From: Alphaproteobacteria bacterium
Lineage (GTDB): Bacteria; Pseudomonadota; Alphaproteobacteria; UBA2136; UBA6156
Direction: 5' to 3'
NCBI GenBank assembly: GCA_027485835.1
Contig: JAIXQG010000001.1
Span: 2,948 to 66,947 of the forward strand
Length of the DNA: 64,000 bases
Position numbers and translations under genes: made by a program. A model generated the notes under the pieces. The model was not told where the DNA came from, did no database searches, and saw nothing but the letters and a program-made list of their open reading frames with translations. Positions 7,706-16,820 of this stretch are shown here, piece after piece. Within the stretch, counting starts at the first letter, position 1. Each line of letters begins with the position of its first letter.

Positions 7706-9544
7706 TCAGTCTGGCAAGAAGCCGCCTGATTGGCGGGACCAGAGGCGGGCGTAGGCGCCGCCTTTTTTGAGAAGCTCGGCATGCGTACCGTCTTCGATGA
7801 TTTGGCCGTTGTCCATGACGATCAGGCGGTCTAGCTGCGAAATAGTGGAGAGGCGGTGGGCAATGGCGATAACCGTGCGGCCTTCCATCAGGGTTTGCAG
7901 GTTCTCTTGAATCGCGTGCTCGACTTCGCTGTCCAGTGCCGAGGTGGCTTCGTCCATGATGAGGATCGGTGCGTTTTTGAGGATGAGGCGTGCGATGGCG
8001 ATACGCTGGCGTTGGCCACCGGAGAGTTTGACGCCGCGCTCTCCCACCTTCGATTGGTAGCCGGTGTTGCCGTCTTTATCCGACAGTTGGCGGATGAAGC
8101 TATCGGCTTGCGCGAGTTTGGCGGCGTTTTCGATGTCTTCATCGGTCGCCGTGGGGTTACCGTAGGCGATATTGGAGCGGATGGAGCGGTGCAGAAGGGA
8201 GGTGTCTTGCGTCACCATACCGATGGCGCTGCGGAGTGAGTTTTGCGTGACGTTGTTGATGTTTTGGCCGTCTATCCGGATATCGCCTTCATTGACCTCG
8301 TAGAAGCGGAGCAGGAGGTTGACCAGCGTACTTTTGCCCGCGCCGGATTGGCCGATAAGCCCAACCTTTTGGCCTGCCGGGATGGTGAGGTTGAGGTTAT
8401 TCAGCACTGCGTCGCCTTCCGGGTGGTAGCGGAAGGTGACGTTTTCGAAGCGGATTTCGCCTTTGTCGATTTTCAGTTGCGTGGCGCCTGATTTATCTTG
8501 CAGCGTGTGCGGCTGGATGAGGACGTTCATCGTTTCTTCCGCCGTGCCCAGATGTTCGAAGAAGGCGGTGAGTTCGTTGGCTATCCAGCCCGCCTGGTTT
8601 GTGAGCATGACGGCGATAGGAATGACCATGGCGATGGAGCCTGCGGTAATGTGGCCGTGGGTCCAGAGATAAAGCGCCAGTGCCAGCGTGTTACCCATAA
8701 AGACGGTATTGTTGAGGTCGCACCATGCCTTCATTTTAAAGACCGCAATGTGGGTGGCGACGTGGTGGTTGCGTGCGTTGACGATCGAATTGACGATGGA
8801 GGAGTCTTCCGAGACGTCATTCGCAAACAGTTTGACGGTTTGGATGTTCGTATAAGCATCCACCGTGCGGCCGACGCTGGCGCTGCGGGCGTCAGAGAAC
8901 TCCATGGAGCGGCGGCGGATGGAGGGAATGCTAAAGCGCAGGATAAAGGCGTACATAACCAGCCAGAAGGCCAACGGCGTAAGCAATAAGTAGCTGGAAC
9001 TGGCAAAGCTGAAGGCTGACACGAGAATAGAAACCGTGACCCACCAGAGGCTACCGGTGAGGATGAGGACGACTTCGCGCAGAGCGCTGCCAGCATCGAA
9101 CACTTTGTTAGCCAAGCGGCCGGCGAAGTCGTTTTGGAAAAAGCTGAGGCTGTGGCGCAGCATGTACCAGTGCATCTGGCGGCGGATGGCGTGCGTGTAA
9201 GTGCTGGTAAACAGAGTAGCGTTGAGTGCGTTGTAGCATGTGCCCGCAATAAGGCGCACTATGAGCGCTATGGCGACGTATTGGCCCACCGGATACATAA
9301 GTAGGGGCCACGCTTCCGCTGGATTGGGTGTCGTGTTGATAATGTCTATGATTTTTTTAAGAAAAAAGGGCGCGATGGCTAAGCCGAGTGCGGCTGTACC
9401 GTTTAGGGTGAACAGAATGGCGAGCAGCTTTTTTTGTTGCCGCGCAAAGTGCAGAATGTAAGGCAGCAGGCGGCGCGGCGGGTAGGGGTTTTCGGGCAGT
9501 TGGGAGATATCGGCAAGGGCGGCGAGGCGTTTAAGAAGGGACAT
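7706..9544 (-). CDS. ABC transporter, fused permease/ATP-binding protein (MsbA-like exporter)
   Basis: N-terminal 6-TM domain followed by Walker A GQSGAGKST, signature LSGGQRQRIAIAR and Walker B ILIMDEATSALD. Confidence 0.95.
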   Translation of the reverse strand: MSLLKRLAALADISQLPENPYPPRRLLPYILHFARQQKKLLAILFTLNGTAALGLAIAPFFLKKIIDIINTTPNPAEAWPLLMYPVGQYVAIALIVRLIAGTCYNALNATLFTSTYTHAIRRQMHWYMLRHSLSFFQNDFAGRLANKVFDAGSALREVVLILTGSLWWVTVSILVSAFSFASSSYLLLTPLAFWLVMYAFILRFSIPSIRRRSMEFSDARSASVGRTVDAYTNIQTVKLFANDVSEDSSIVNSIVNARNHHVATHIAVFKMKAWCDLNNTVFMGNTLALALYLWTHGHITAGSIAMVIPIAVMLTNQAGWIANELTAFFEHLGTAEETMNVLIQPHTLQDKSGATQLKIDKGEIRFENVTFRYHPEGDAVLNNLNLTIPAGQKVGLIGQSGAGKSTLVNLLLRFYEVNEGDIRIDGQNINNVTQNSLRSAIGMVTQDTSLLHRSIRSNIAYGNPTATDEDIENAAKLAQADSFIRQLSDKDGNTGYQSKVGERGVKLSGGQRQRIAIARLILKNAPILIMDEATSALDSEVEHAIQENLQTLMEGRTVIAIAHRLSTISQLDRLIVMDNGQIIEDGTHAELLKKGGAYARLWSRQSGGFLPD

Positions 9545-9630
9545 TTCGGGACGATACGGGATTTGTGGGCGCGCTGGAAGATGGTTGCTTAAAAAAGGCG
9601 CCGGGTGGCGCCTTTTTGCTGGTCATCTGT

Positions 9631-10743
9631 TTAGAATTTAACGCGCATGCTAACGGTGTAGATGTTGATATCTTCGATGTTGCTGACGCCTTCGACATCG
9701 GCACTCAGGTTACGATACAGGCCGCCGACGCTGACACCGTTGCCGAGGTCGCGGTCGGCACCAATACCGTAGACGTCCATTTCATGTTCGGTAGATGTGG
9801 CGACGGGGTTTTTGAACTTACCGTACTCGGCCGCCACACCGTAGGGGCCAAAGGCGTAGCCGACCTTACCGTAGTAGCCTTCGGCTTCATCGACGCCGGA
9901 GGCCTTTTTAGACAAGTGTTGAGTGGTGTAGGCAATGGTGGCACCCAAACCGCTGGTGTGCTTGACCGAGGCGGAGCCGCTGGTGGCACCGGTTTGCTCG
10001 TTAGTTGCGGTAGAGGTTTCGTCGTTTACAAAGCTGTGACCGAGGGCGGTATCGATTTCGAAATCGCCGAAGGTGTTGGCATAGCGGAGAGCTGCGTCGA
10101 CATTTCCGCCTTGGCTGACGCTAAGGCTGCCGTTAACGCCATTGTAGGTTGCCGAGTTGAAACGTACGGAATTCGTCAGAGCCGTGTCTCCGTTGTTACC
10201 GAGGGCAAATTCGTCTGGCGTGACGTCGGTACCGCCTAGGCTTACCACTGTACCGGTGCTGGTATGGAACTTGAGGCCGCCACCGAAGGAGGCGACGTTT
10301 ACGTTGACGATACTGCCGGCTGCAGCGAGGTCGTGGGCTAGTGTGTCGTCGTTTGCGACATCCTGTCGGCCGATAAACAGAGCGCCGTGTTCGCTCGCCA
10401 GACCGACACGGGCGATGCGTTCCTCTAAGTTAGCCGTGGTATTGCTGGGGGTGTGGGATTGGCTAGGCGTGGTGTTTTGGGTGAGGGTGTGGCTGGCGTT
10501 GGATTGGGATTGGGCTTCGAGCAATACGGATGCGGTCAGGCCGTTGTCGAGCTTTTGCTCTCCGGCAAAGCCGAGGCGGGTGGAGAGGTTGTTGTCGTCG
10601 ACCACCGTGAATTCTTTGTCGATGCCGTCGTCGTAGCCCATGGCGGCTTTGGATACGTTACCATAGAGTTTGACATCTAAGGCGTTGGCGGCCAATGGCA
10701 TAGCCACTGTAGCAACGGCTGTAAGGAGAAAGGGGGAGCGCAT
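9631..10743 (-). CDS. outer-membrane porin
   Basis: Signal peptide MRSPFLLTAVATVAMPLAANA, alternating beta-strand pattern and C-terminal ...YTVSMRVKF. The ATG at 10743 avoids the overlap with the tRNA gene that the 455-aa track ORF would create. Confidence 0.85.
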   Translation of the reverse strand: MRSPFLLTAVATVAMPLAANALDVKLYGNVSKAAMGYDDGIDKEFTVVDDNNLSTRLGFAGEQKLDNGLTASVLLEAQSQSNASHTLTQNTTPSQSHTPSNTTANLEERIARVGLASEHGALFIGRQDVANDDTLAHDLAAAGSIVNVNVASFGGGLKFHTSTGTVVSLGGTDVTPDEFALGNNGDTALTNSVRFNSATYNGVNGSLSVSQGGNVDAALRYANTFGDFEIDTALGHSFVNDETSTATNEQTGATSGSASVKHTSGLGATIAYTTQHLSKKASGVDEAEGYYGKVGYAFGPYGVAAEYGKFKNPVATSTEHEMDVYGIGADRDLGNGVSVGGLYRNLSADVEGVSNIEDINIYTVSMRVKF

Positions 10744-10891
10744 TTTTGTATGTCCTTTATTAATGAGAACAATTTTGATGGTTCGCCGCGGAGGGTGTAA
10801 AGAGGGAGAGGCGGGGATGGTGAATTGGGTGTGATAAGTTTGCCGTTTGGTGTGGCTTATTGAACGCGGGCTGCCTTTAAATAAAAGCAAT

Positions 10892-10913
10892 AAAAAGAAG
10901 CCCTTGCGGGCTT
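10892..10913 (-). terminator. terminator downstream of tRNA-Ser
   Basis: Minus strand reads AAGCCCGCAAGGGCTT followed by a T-run. Confidence 0.55.
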
Positions 10914-10919
10914 TGAATC

Positions 10920-11012
10920 TGGCGGAGCGGGGGGGATTCGAACCCCCGATACGGATTTTGTCCGTATGACGATTTAGCAAACCGTTGCCTTCAGCCACTC
11001 GGCCACCGCTCC
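10920..11012 (-). tRNA. tRNA-Ser (anticodon GCU)
   Basis: Hand-folded cloverleaf. The acceptor stem is GGAGCGG/CCGCTCC. The anticodon stem-loop is ACGGT-TTGCTAA-ATCGT. There is a long variable arm, the T arm is GGGGG-TTCGAAT-CCCCC, and the CCA end is encoded. Confidence 0.95.
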
Positions 11013-11265
11013 AGCGCGCGCAACTTGCCTTTAAGTGGGGCGGATGTCAATCCGCTCGGTTTAGAAAATGCGCTTTTGTTAGGTTTATACGTGCATTTAC
11101 AATTTAAAACAATGGCTTGATAGTTATTGTGGGAGGGTGTGCATTTAGACTGTGCGGATTTGCAACCCTACGGGGTGGATTGTGCCGATTTTACAGGCGG
11201 AGAGCCTTGATATTACCGGCGCTGAAACCCATACTGACCTTATGTTGAGCTGCCTAAAGGGTACT

Positions 11266-14200
11266 ATGTACCGTTCGCTAACCCTGTTGGGGTTGGTTTT
11301 GGTATTTATGGTTGTGGCCAGTAATGGCTGGGCTCAGTTTCTTGTTGAAGGTGGTGAGCTTGCTGAAAAATACACTCAGTATCCTTTCTTAGGTGTTGAT
11401 AACACTCAGCGCAATATGCTTATCAATGCCTTTAACTTCCAGAGCCGCATATTTACTATGATGAGCGGGACTGGAGTTGAAAAGGTTGAGGCTTTTAACA
11501 TTTTAGCAATATTGGGAGCTCTTGTAGGGGCTTTGCTATTGTTCTTTAATGCAAAAATTCGCAAGCCCATGATCGTAGCTCCATGGTTAATAGTTCTTAT
11601 CCTGCTTGTATTTGCGCCTTATGGAAGTAAATTGCTATTTTACCCCGTATCTCAACAGTCATTACAACCTGTATTTACTGGTCCTCGAGCGACTATTGTC
11701 GAGAAAGATTGTGTGTCAGCTCCTGAAATATGTGGATTCGCACCACAGATTGTGGCTGTTCACGTTGCTTCTACATTACAGATGCTGTTCTCAGATGCTT
11801 TCCGTTCGGCTGGTTGGGAAGGATTGATGGAGTCCTTCAAGGCTCGAGCTGAATTATCCGGTTCGCCTAATTTAAATCTTAACCCTCAGGTTATTCAGAG
11901 GTTGAATGAATATGACAAGGCTTGTTCTTCCACGCCTATTACGAATCACGTTGATACTCTCTTTCCAGTAAGTAGTGCCGCCGCAAGCACGCCAACCGGT
12001 GCTGCAGGCAGTTCTGCACCTGCAGAAGATCAAAAGACCGTACCAATCCGATTTGCCGATAAATGGAAAAGTATCACGAATGAGATGAATAATGCCGATA
12101 TTGATGTCGGCTTAATGCCTCCTGATGCCATAGAACTTTGGGATGATGCAGCGTTTAAGACTGCTATGACTGAAAACGGTTGGGGACAAACCGTTCAACA
12201 GGAGTACGAAGCTGGGCTTACGCAGCTGTACCAAGCTGCCGGTGGTATTGCTACTGTATCTATTGATGCAACTACCTGCAGTGATGCAGAGAGTTGTGCC
12301 GGTAAAACCAAAGTTTCTGCTTTGACGGCCCTTAGAAAGCTTGAAGATAGTGGTTTTTTCAAAATTTATCAGAAAGATCAGCCTTATGGTGAGGAAGATT
12401 CTGGAAGAGATACCCGCTTGCTGCCTGGCTTTTTTGTTTATTGGGACGGAGCAAAGAACAACGACAGTAAATCGACTGAGCCGGCAGATGAAACGTTCTC
12501 TGCGGCTGGAGCACGGGCATGTTACCAAGCTAATTCTGGTGAGTTAAATATGGATCCCAGTTGCAGACGAATTGGTACTAACTATGGTCAGCAACTTACT
12601 TATGTTAAGGACAATTTCTTTAGTTCTGATAATTCTATTTTTAGTGTGCCTGAATGGCAGATTATGAGTGCTATTCAAGATCCCCGCTCAGCTATATCAC
12701 GTATGCCTGTTAAGCCACGTCGTTACTCTGAAGGAGTTAAGACTGATGAGGGAACCTCTAAACCTGTTGTTCAAGAGAACAAGGGCGGACAAAACTGTGA
12801 AGTTGATGGCGTTAATACAATTAAAGAGATTATCAATTTAACAGTTGGACCTGAGGGAACGACTAACAAAGCTGCCCGTAAGGACATGTTTAGCAATACT
12901 CAAAAACTATTGCTTGGTGAGACACCACTTCCTGCTCGAATCACTCTCAAAGATGTATGTAACGATGTGACGGATCCTGATACAGCATCTGAGGAATGTC
13001 ATACTGGTGCGGGGTTAGCAGCGGATGAAGAAATCACGAATATTGGGAAGAATATGGCCCTGTTCTTTGACGAAATTGTTCGTGCAAATTCGACGAAGAC
13101 TACGAGTGAAAAAAATAACATTATGTTAAGAGAATTTCTGAGATTGATTCAGGAATCCAGCATGAATGCTCGTAAAGGGGACCCAGATGCTGCTCAAAAA
13201 GCGGCGCAAGATGGCACAAGCCCAGAAGTCGTTGGTGCACGCTGGCTCACATCGCTTGGTGGAGGGATTGCGACGCTGTTAGGAAGCTTTATTGTTCAAA
13301 TTGGCTCTTGGTTTGTTGGACCTCTCTCTGCGGCTATTATCTTCTTCCTGACGATGTTGGTAGATATGTCGCTCATGATTTTGATCATCCTCACTCCGTT
13401 CCTTCTTTTGGCTGGATTGTTTGTGCCAGGGAACGCGATTGGTGTGCTTACTGTTAGCATTGTTGGGGTGTTTGTTCTGAAGTTTGTGCCGGTGACGTTG
13501 GTCATTTTAAACTATCTTGGCGCGATGATTTACACCTTTGTTGGTTATGGTGCTGACCCTGAATTAGCAAAAACCATGCAGAGTATGATTATCATTGCGA
13601 TGGGTGGTATGTATGCGAGCCTTGTGACAATGACGTTCTTCTTGTTGTTCAAGATGGGTGATGCTTCCGCCATTCTCAGTCGCTTTACGGCATTGGATAA
13701 TAATGCCAAGGAAATTGCCCAGCGTGGGATGGGGGCTGCCCTTACATTGGCAAGTGCGGCTGCTATTATTGCCGGTGGTGGAGTTGCGGCGGCGCTAGGT
13801 CGTGGTTCGATGGGTTTGGCGGCCAAGAAAGCTGCTGCGAATTTAGGTATTCCGCCGGGCTGGGTTGATGCTGCTAAGGGGCTTGCTGAGACGCCAAACA
13901 AAGATGCTAAAACTGCAGGTAACGGTAAAGAGGGGCCGGAGGGTGTGGAAGACCTCCCTACCGAACCGTTGGATGGGCTCACTGCTGAAGAGCGTGCCAT
14001 GCGCGATCAGAACGATGACATTCTGGGGGCCAAGCTAGACCAGGCAGGCCTTGAACGTGCTAAAAAACAGAATGCCGCATCCGACGCCAAGGAAATGTTG
14101 CGTGATGTGTATGGCAGGCACTTTGAAGGAGGCATTAGTGCGGAAGAGGCGGAGAAGTTTGTTGATGAAGGTCGTCTTGTTAAGGAAGACAAGTATGGCA

Positions 14201-16797
14201 ACATGCGTGAATTTCAGCTTACCAAGAATGGTGATGCCTATGGTGTGAATCCGAGCGGTATTACGCCCAAGATTGCCGGCGCGAGCGAAACCGTTGGTAC
14301 AGGCATTGGCTCGACAGTAGGTGATGCCATTGGCACTGATGCTCAGGCAAATGCGGCTCTTTCCGAGACAAATGGTATGCCTACGGCAGAGGGAGGTGCT
14401 AATACATCTCAAGCTGCGGCAGGTGGAGGTGGTATACCGGCCTCTGTGACCATTGCAGGTGGTAGCTTGAGCTCGATTGACTCTGTTGGTGAGGTCGGAC
14501 GAATTCAGCAAAGTGCGACTGAACAAGCTAGCATGCAAGACCGCGTAAAAGAGATTGCGGCTGAAAAAGAAGCAGAGCGTCAGGCAGCCGAGAACAAAGA
14601 CGCATTGGCGCTTGCGAATAATACCAAGCTTGAGCCGACTCAGAGAGAACAACTCTCTAAAATTGCGGATGAGTTAGACAAGACTACTGACGAGGATCGT
14701 CGTGAGGAACTCTTTAAACAGCAAGATGATGTTCTTAAGCAGGCTGGTAAGACCAAGGCTGGTATGAAGCGTGATGAGCTATTAACGCGCAATATGAATG
14801 ACCAGATTGCCGAAGCATTGTTGCGCTTTGATAGTGAGCACGGTGAGGCATATCAAGCTGCTGATAAGAAGAAGCAGAGTGGTGGAGCTCTTTCTAAGCA
14901 AGAGAAAGAGCTTATGGCTATACGTGATGGTTTGGCTAACTTTGATACGGCCGGAGTTGCTCAGGGTGAGATCATGTCACGTCTGGGGACTTTTGAGAGT
15001 TTAAATGCGTCTCTGCGGGCCCGTGCTGGCGCCGATAACTTGCCGAGCTTAGGTGCGAGTGTTTTGAGTGGTATGTACGGTGGCTTAACAGGTGCTGGTG
15101 GCGGCTTAGCCAAAATTCCGGTTATTGGGCCGGCAATTACTGAGTCTATCAATGAGTTCTATCAAGCACCTGAACGTGCCCGTGCTGCTGCGGCTGTAGG
15201 TGGACTCGGAGCTTGGTGGTCTGCTCAGGGCAATGCCAAGCGTATGGGCTTCTACCAGAAGGAAATGACTCCGCTTGTTGCAGCTCAGCAGTATGAATCT
15301 ATGTCTACTATTGGCGGATTCCAAGCTCAGGCAGATCTTGCTCGTCAGGCTGCAAATGAGGCTGTGGCACGGAGTCGTTCTCAGTGGGAAGCAATGGTTG
15401 CTAGCCGCGCACCGACCCTTTCCATGGATTTACGCAATGAAATCTTGAGTAAGAATCCTAATATCTCTCAATCTGATTTACAGGTTGAATTAAGCCGTAG
15501 GTTTAATGAAAAGATTAATAGTTCTGAATTCAAGGTTGTGATGTCTGCGGGAGAGCTCTCTGGTTTGGGCCGTTTGGATGCTGCAGATAAGATTGCCTCG
15601 GTGCGGCAGGAAGCTTTCCTGATGCAGGGTGCTTCTCTTGATGTGAAGCGTGTTAAGGGTGGTTTAGATGGCAATATGATGCTTAAGGCTGGCTCTACTG
15701 CAGGTTTGAATGTTGAAGTGGAGCAGGTAGGTGTGGTTCTTACTCCGGAAGCTTTGGCGCGTGTGCGTGGTGATTTGACCACTAAGGCTACGATTGGTAA
15801 ATATGATGACATGATGCTCGCGCATTATGGACTTGCTGAGAAGCAGTACTTACGGGGTGATGCGGATTGGGACTCTACTCGTAATATGAACACGAGTGGT
15901 GCTGCAGCACGCATGTTTGCCCGTAAGGATGTGTCGACGGACTACCTGATTGGTGGGCACCTTAAGATGGTATCGGGTAAGGAAAAATTCCTCGAAGGTA
16001 AGGCTCAGTATGAGACTTTGGTGAAGTTCCGTAACGAAACCAATAACAAGATTGCCGAGTTTATGCAGACCCAGCTTGCGGGCGCAGGTGGCCAGCTCTC
16101 TAAGGTGCTTGCCGATGCGGGTGTTCAGGGCAAACTGAGTGGCTTAAGCGGACGTGATTTAGCTGTAAATACGCGTATGGAGCTTGAGAAGTGGGCTGGC
16201 AAGCAAATGGTGGCAAATAAGGAATACCTGCCGCTTAACTTGTTGTTTGAATCTGCTGATGCGCGTGGAAGATCTTCTTACGAATTAAAGGCTAAGAAGG
16301 CACGTTCTGAGATTGCTGCTGAAAATGCGGCGGTTTGGGAAGCAGTGGATAAGGCTCGTCGGGCTGCTGTGGCCAGTGCGTTACCTTCTTTGAATAGTTC
16401 TGCGAAGAAAGCAGCAAAAACCGAATGGAACGGCTTTAATATTGAAGCTGGTGCTCCGTTAGAAATTTTTACAGAATGGCTGGACAGTGCTTTAGGTACG
16501 GCTTCAGAAGAAATTCTGGGTAAGCTCAGTAAAGCAATACCTTCAGCTATGCAGGACTCTTTCTTGCGATCTGAAAAGAGAACTATAAAAATAGATGGAA
16601 AGGATTACCGTGAAGTTGTGTCCTATATGAATAAGGATGCTTTTGCGGAACTGCAGCGGACAATGAACGAAGAGCAAAGAAAAGCCTTTTTAGCAGAAAA
16701 GAAATACTACCGTGAAGCTAACGGACGGATTGAGTTGTCTCGTACGGTTATGGGTAGCGACGGAAGCATTCGTGAAGACTTGTCGCATAACAGATAA
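11266..16797 (+). CDS. giant polytopic membrane protein of unknown function (about 1843 aa)
   Basis: Single uninterrupted ORF (the track gives 11152-16797 from a GTG). The ATG at 11266 yields a canonical signal peptide, MYRSLTLLGLVLVFMVVASNGWA. Two further hydrophobic helices lie near 11500-11640, an exported region with many Cys follows, and about 6 TM helices are encoded at about 13240-13800. The last roughly 1000 aa are A/E/K/Q-rich helical and Gly-rich. No enzymatic motif recognised. G+C is visibly lower than in the flanks. Confidence 0.85.
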   Translation: MYRSLTLLGLVLVFMVVASNGWAQFLVEGGELAEKYTQYPFLGVDNTQRNMLINAFNFQSRIFTMMSGTGVEKVEAFNILAILGALVGALLLFFNAKIRKPMIVAPWLIVLILLVFAPYGSKLLFYPVSQQSLQPVFTGPRATIVEKDCVSAPEICGFAPQIVAVHVASTLQMLFSDAFRSAGWEGLMESFKARAELSGSPNLNLNPQVIQRLNEYDKACSSTPITNHVDTLFPVSSAAASTPTGAAGSSAPAEDQKTVPIRFADKWKSITNEMNNADIDVGLMPPDAIELWDDAAFKTAMTENGWGQTVQQEYEAGLTQLYQAAGGIATVSIDATTCSDAESCAGKTKVSALTALRKLEDSGFFKIYQKDQPYGEEDSGRDTRLLPGFFVYWDGAKNNDSKSTEPADETFSAAGARACYQANSGELNMDPSCRRIGTNYGQQLTYVKDNFFSSDNSIFSVPEWQIMSAIQDPRSAISRMPVKPRRYSEGVKTDEGTSKPVVQENKGGQNCEVDGVNTIKEIINLTVGPEGTTNKAARKDMFSNTQKLLLGETPLPARITLKDVCNDVTDPDTASEECHTGAGLAADEEITNIGKNMALFFDEIVRANSTKTTSEKNNIMLREFLRLIQESSMNARKGDPDAAQKAAQDGTSPEVVGARWLTSLGGGIATLLGSFIVQIGSWFVGPLSAAIIFFLTMLVDMSLMILIILTPFLLLAGLFVPGNAIGVLTVSIVGVFVLKFVPVTLVILNYLGAMIYTFVGYGADPELAKTMQSMIIIAMGGMYASLVTMTFFLLFKMGDASAILSRFTALDNNAKEIAQRGMGAALTLASAAAIIAGGGVAAALGRGSMGLAAKKAAANLGIPPGWVDAAKGLAETPNKDAKTAGNGKEGPEGVEDLPTEPLDGLTAEERAMRDQNDDILGAKLDQAGLERAKKQNAASDAKEMLRDVYGRHFEGGISAEEAEKFVDEGRLVKEDKYGNMREFQLTKNGDAYGVNPSGITPKIAGASETVGTGIGSTVGDAIGTDAQANAALSETNGMPTAEGGANTSQAAAGGGGIPASVTIAGGSLSSIDSVGEVGRIQQSATEQASMQDRVKEIAAEKEAERQAAENKDALALANNTKLEPTQREQLSKIADELDKTTDEDRREELFKQQDDVLKQAGKTKAGMKRDELLTRNMNDQIAEALLRFDSEHGEAYQAADKKKQSGGALSKQEKELMAIRDGLANFDTAGVAQGEIMSRLGTFESLNASLRARAGADNLPSLGASVLSGMYGGLTGAGGGLAKIPVIGPAITESINEFYQAPERARAAAAVGGLGAWWSAQGNAKRMGFYQKEMTPLVAAQQYESMSTIGGFQAQADLARQAANEAVARSRSQWEAMVASRAPTLSMDLRNEILSKNPNISQSDLQVELSRRFNEKINSSEFKVVMSAGELSGLGRLDAADKIASVRQEAFLMQGASLDVKRVKGGLDGNMMLKAGSTAGLNVEVEQVGVVLTPEALARVRGDLTTKATIGKYDDMMLAHYGLAEKQYLRGDADWDSTRNMNTSGAAARMFARKDVSTDYLIGGHLKMVSGKEKFLEGKAQYETLVKFRNETNNKIAEFMQTQLAGAGGQLSKVLADAGVQGKLSGLSGRDLAVNTRMELEKWAGKQMVANKEYLPLNLLFESADARGRSSYELKAKKARSEIAAENAAVWEAVDKARRAAVASALPSLNSSAKKAAKTEWNGFNIEAGAPLEIFTEWLDSALGTASEEILGKLSKAIPSAMQDSFLRSEKRTIKIDGKDYREVVSYMNKDAFAELQRTMNEEQRKAFLAEKKYYREANGRIELSRTVMGSDGSIREDLSHNR

Positions 16798-16820
16798 ATA
16801 TTGATTAAGAAAAAATAACA

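Noticed and set aside
10744-10998. N-terminal 85-codon extension of the porin ORF running through tRNA-Ser
   Set aside because: It overlaps a well-folded tRNA gene. The porin signal peptide starts at the internal ATG at 10743.
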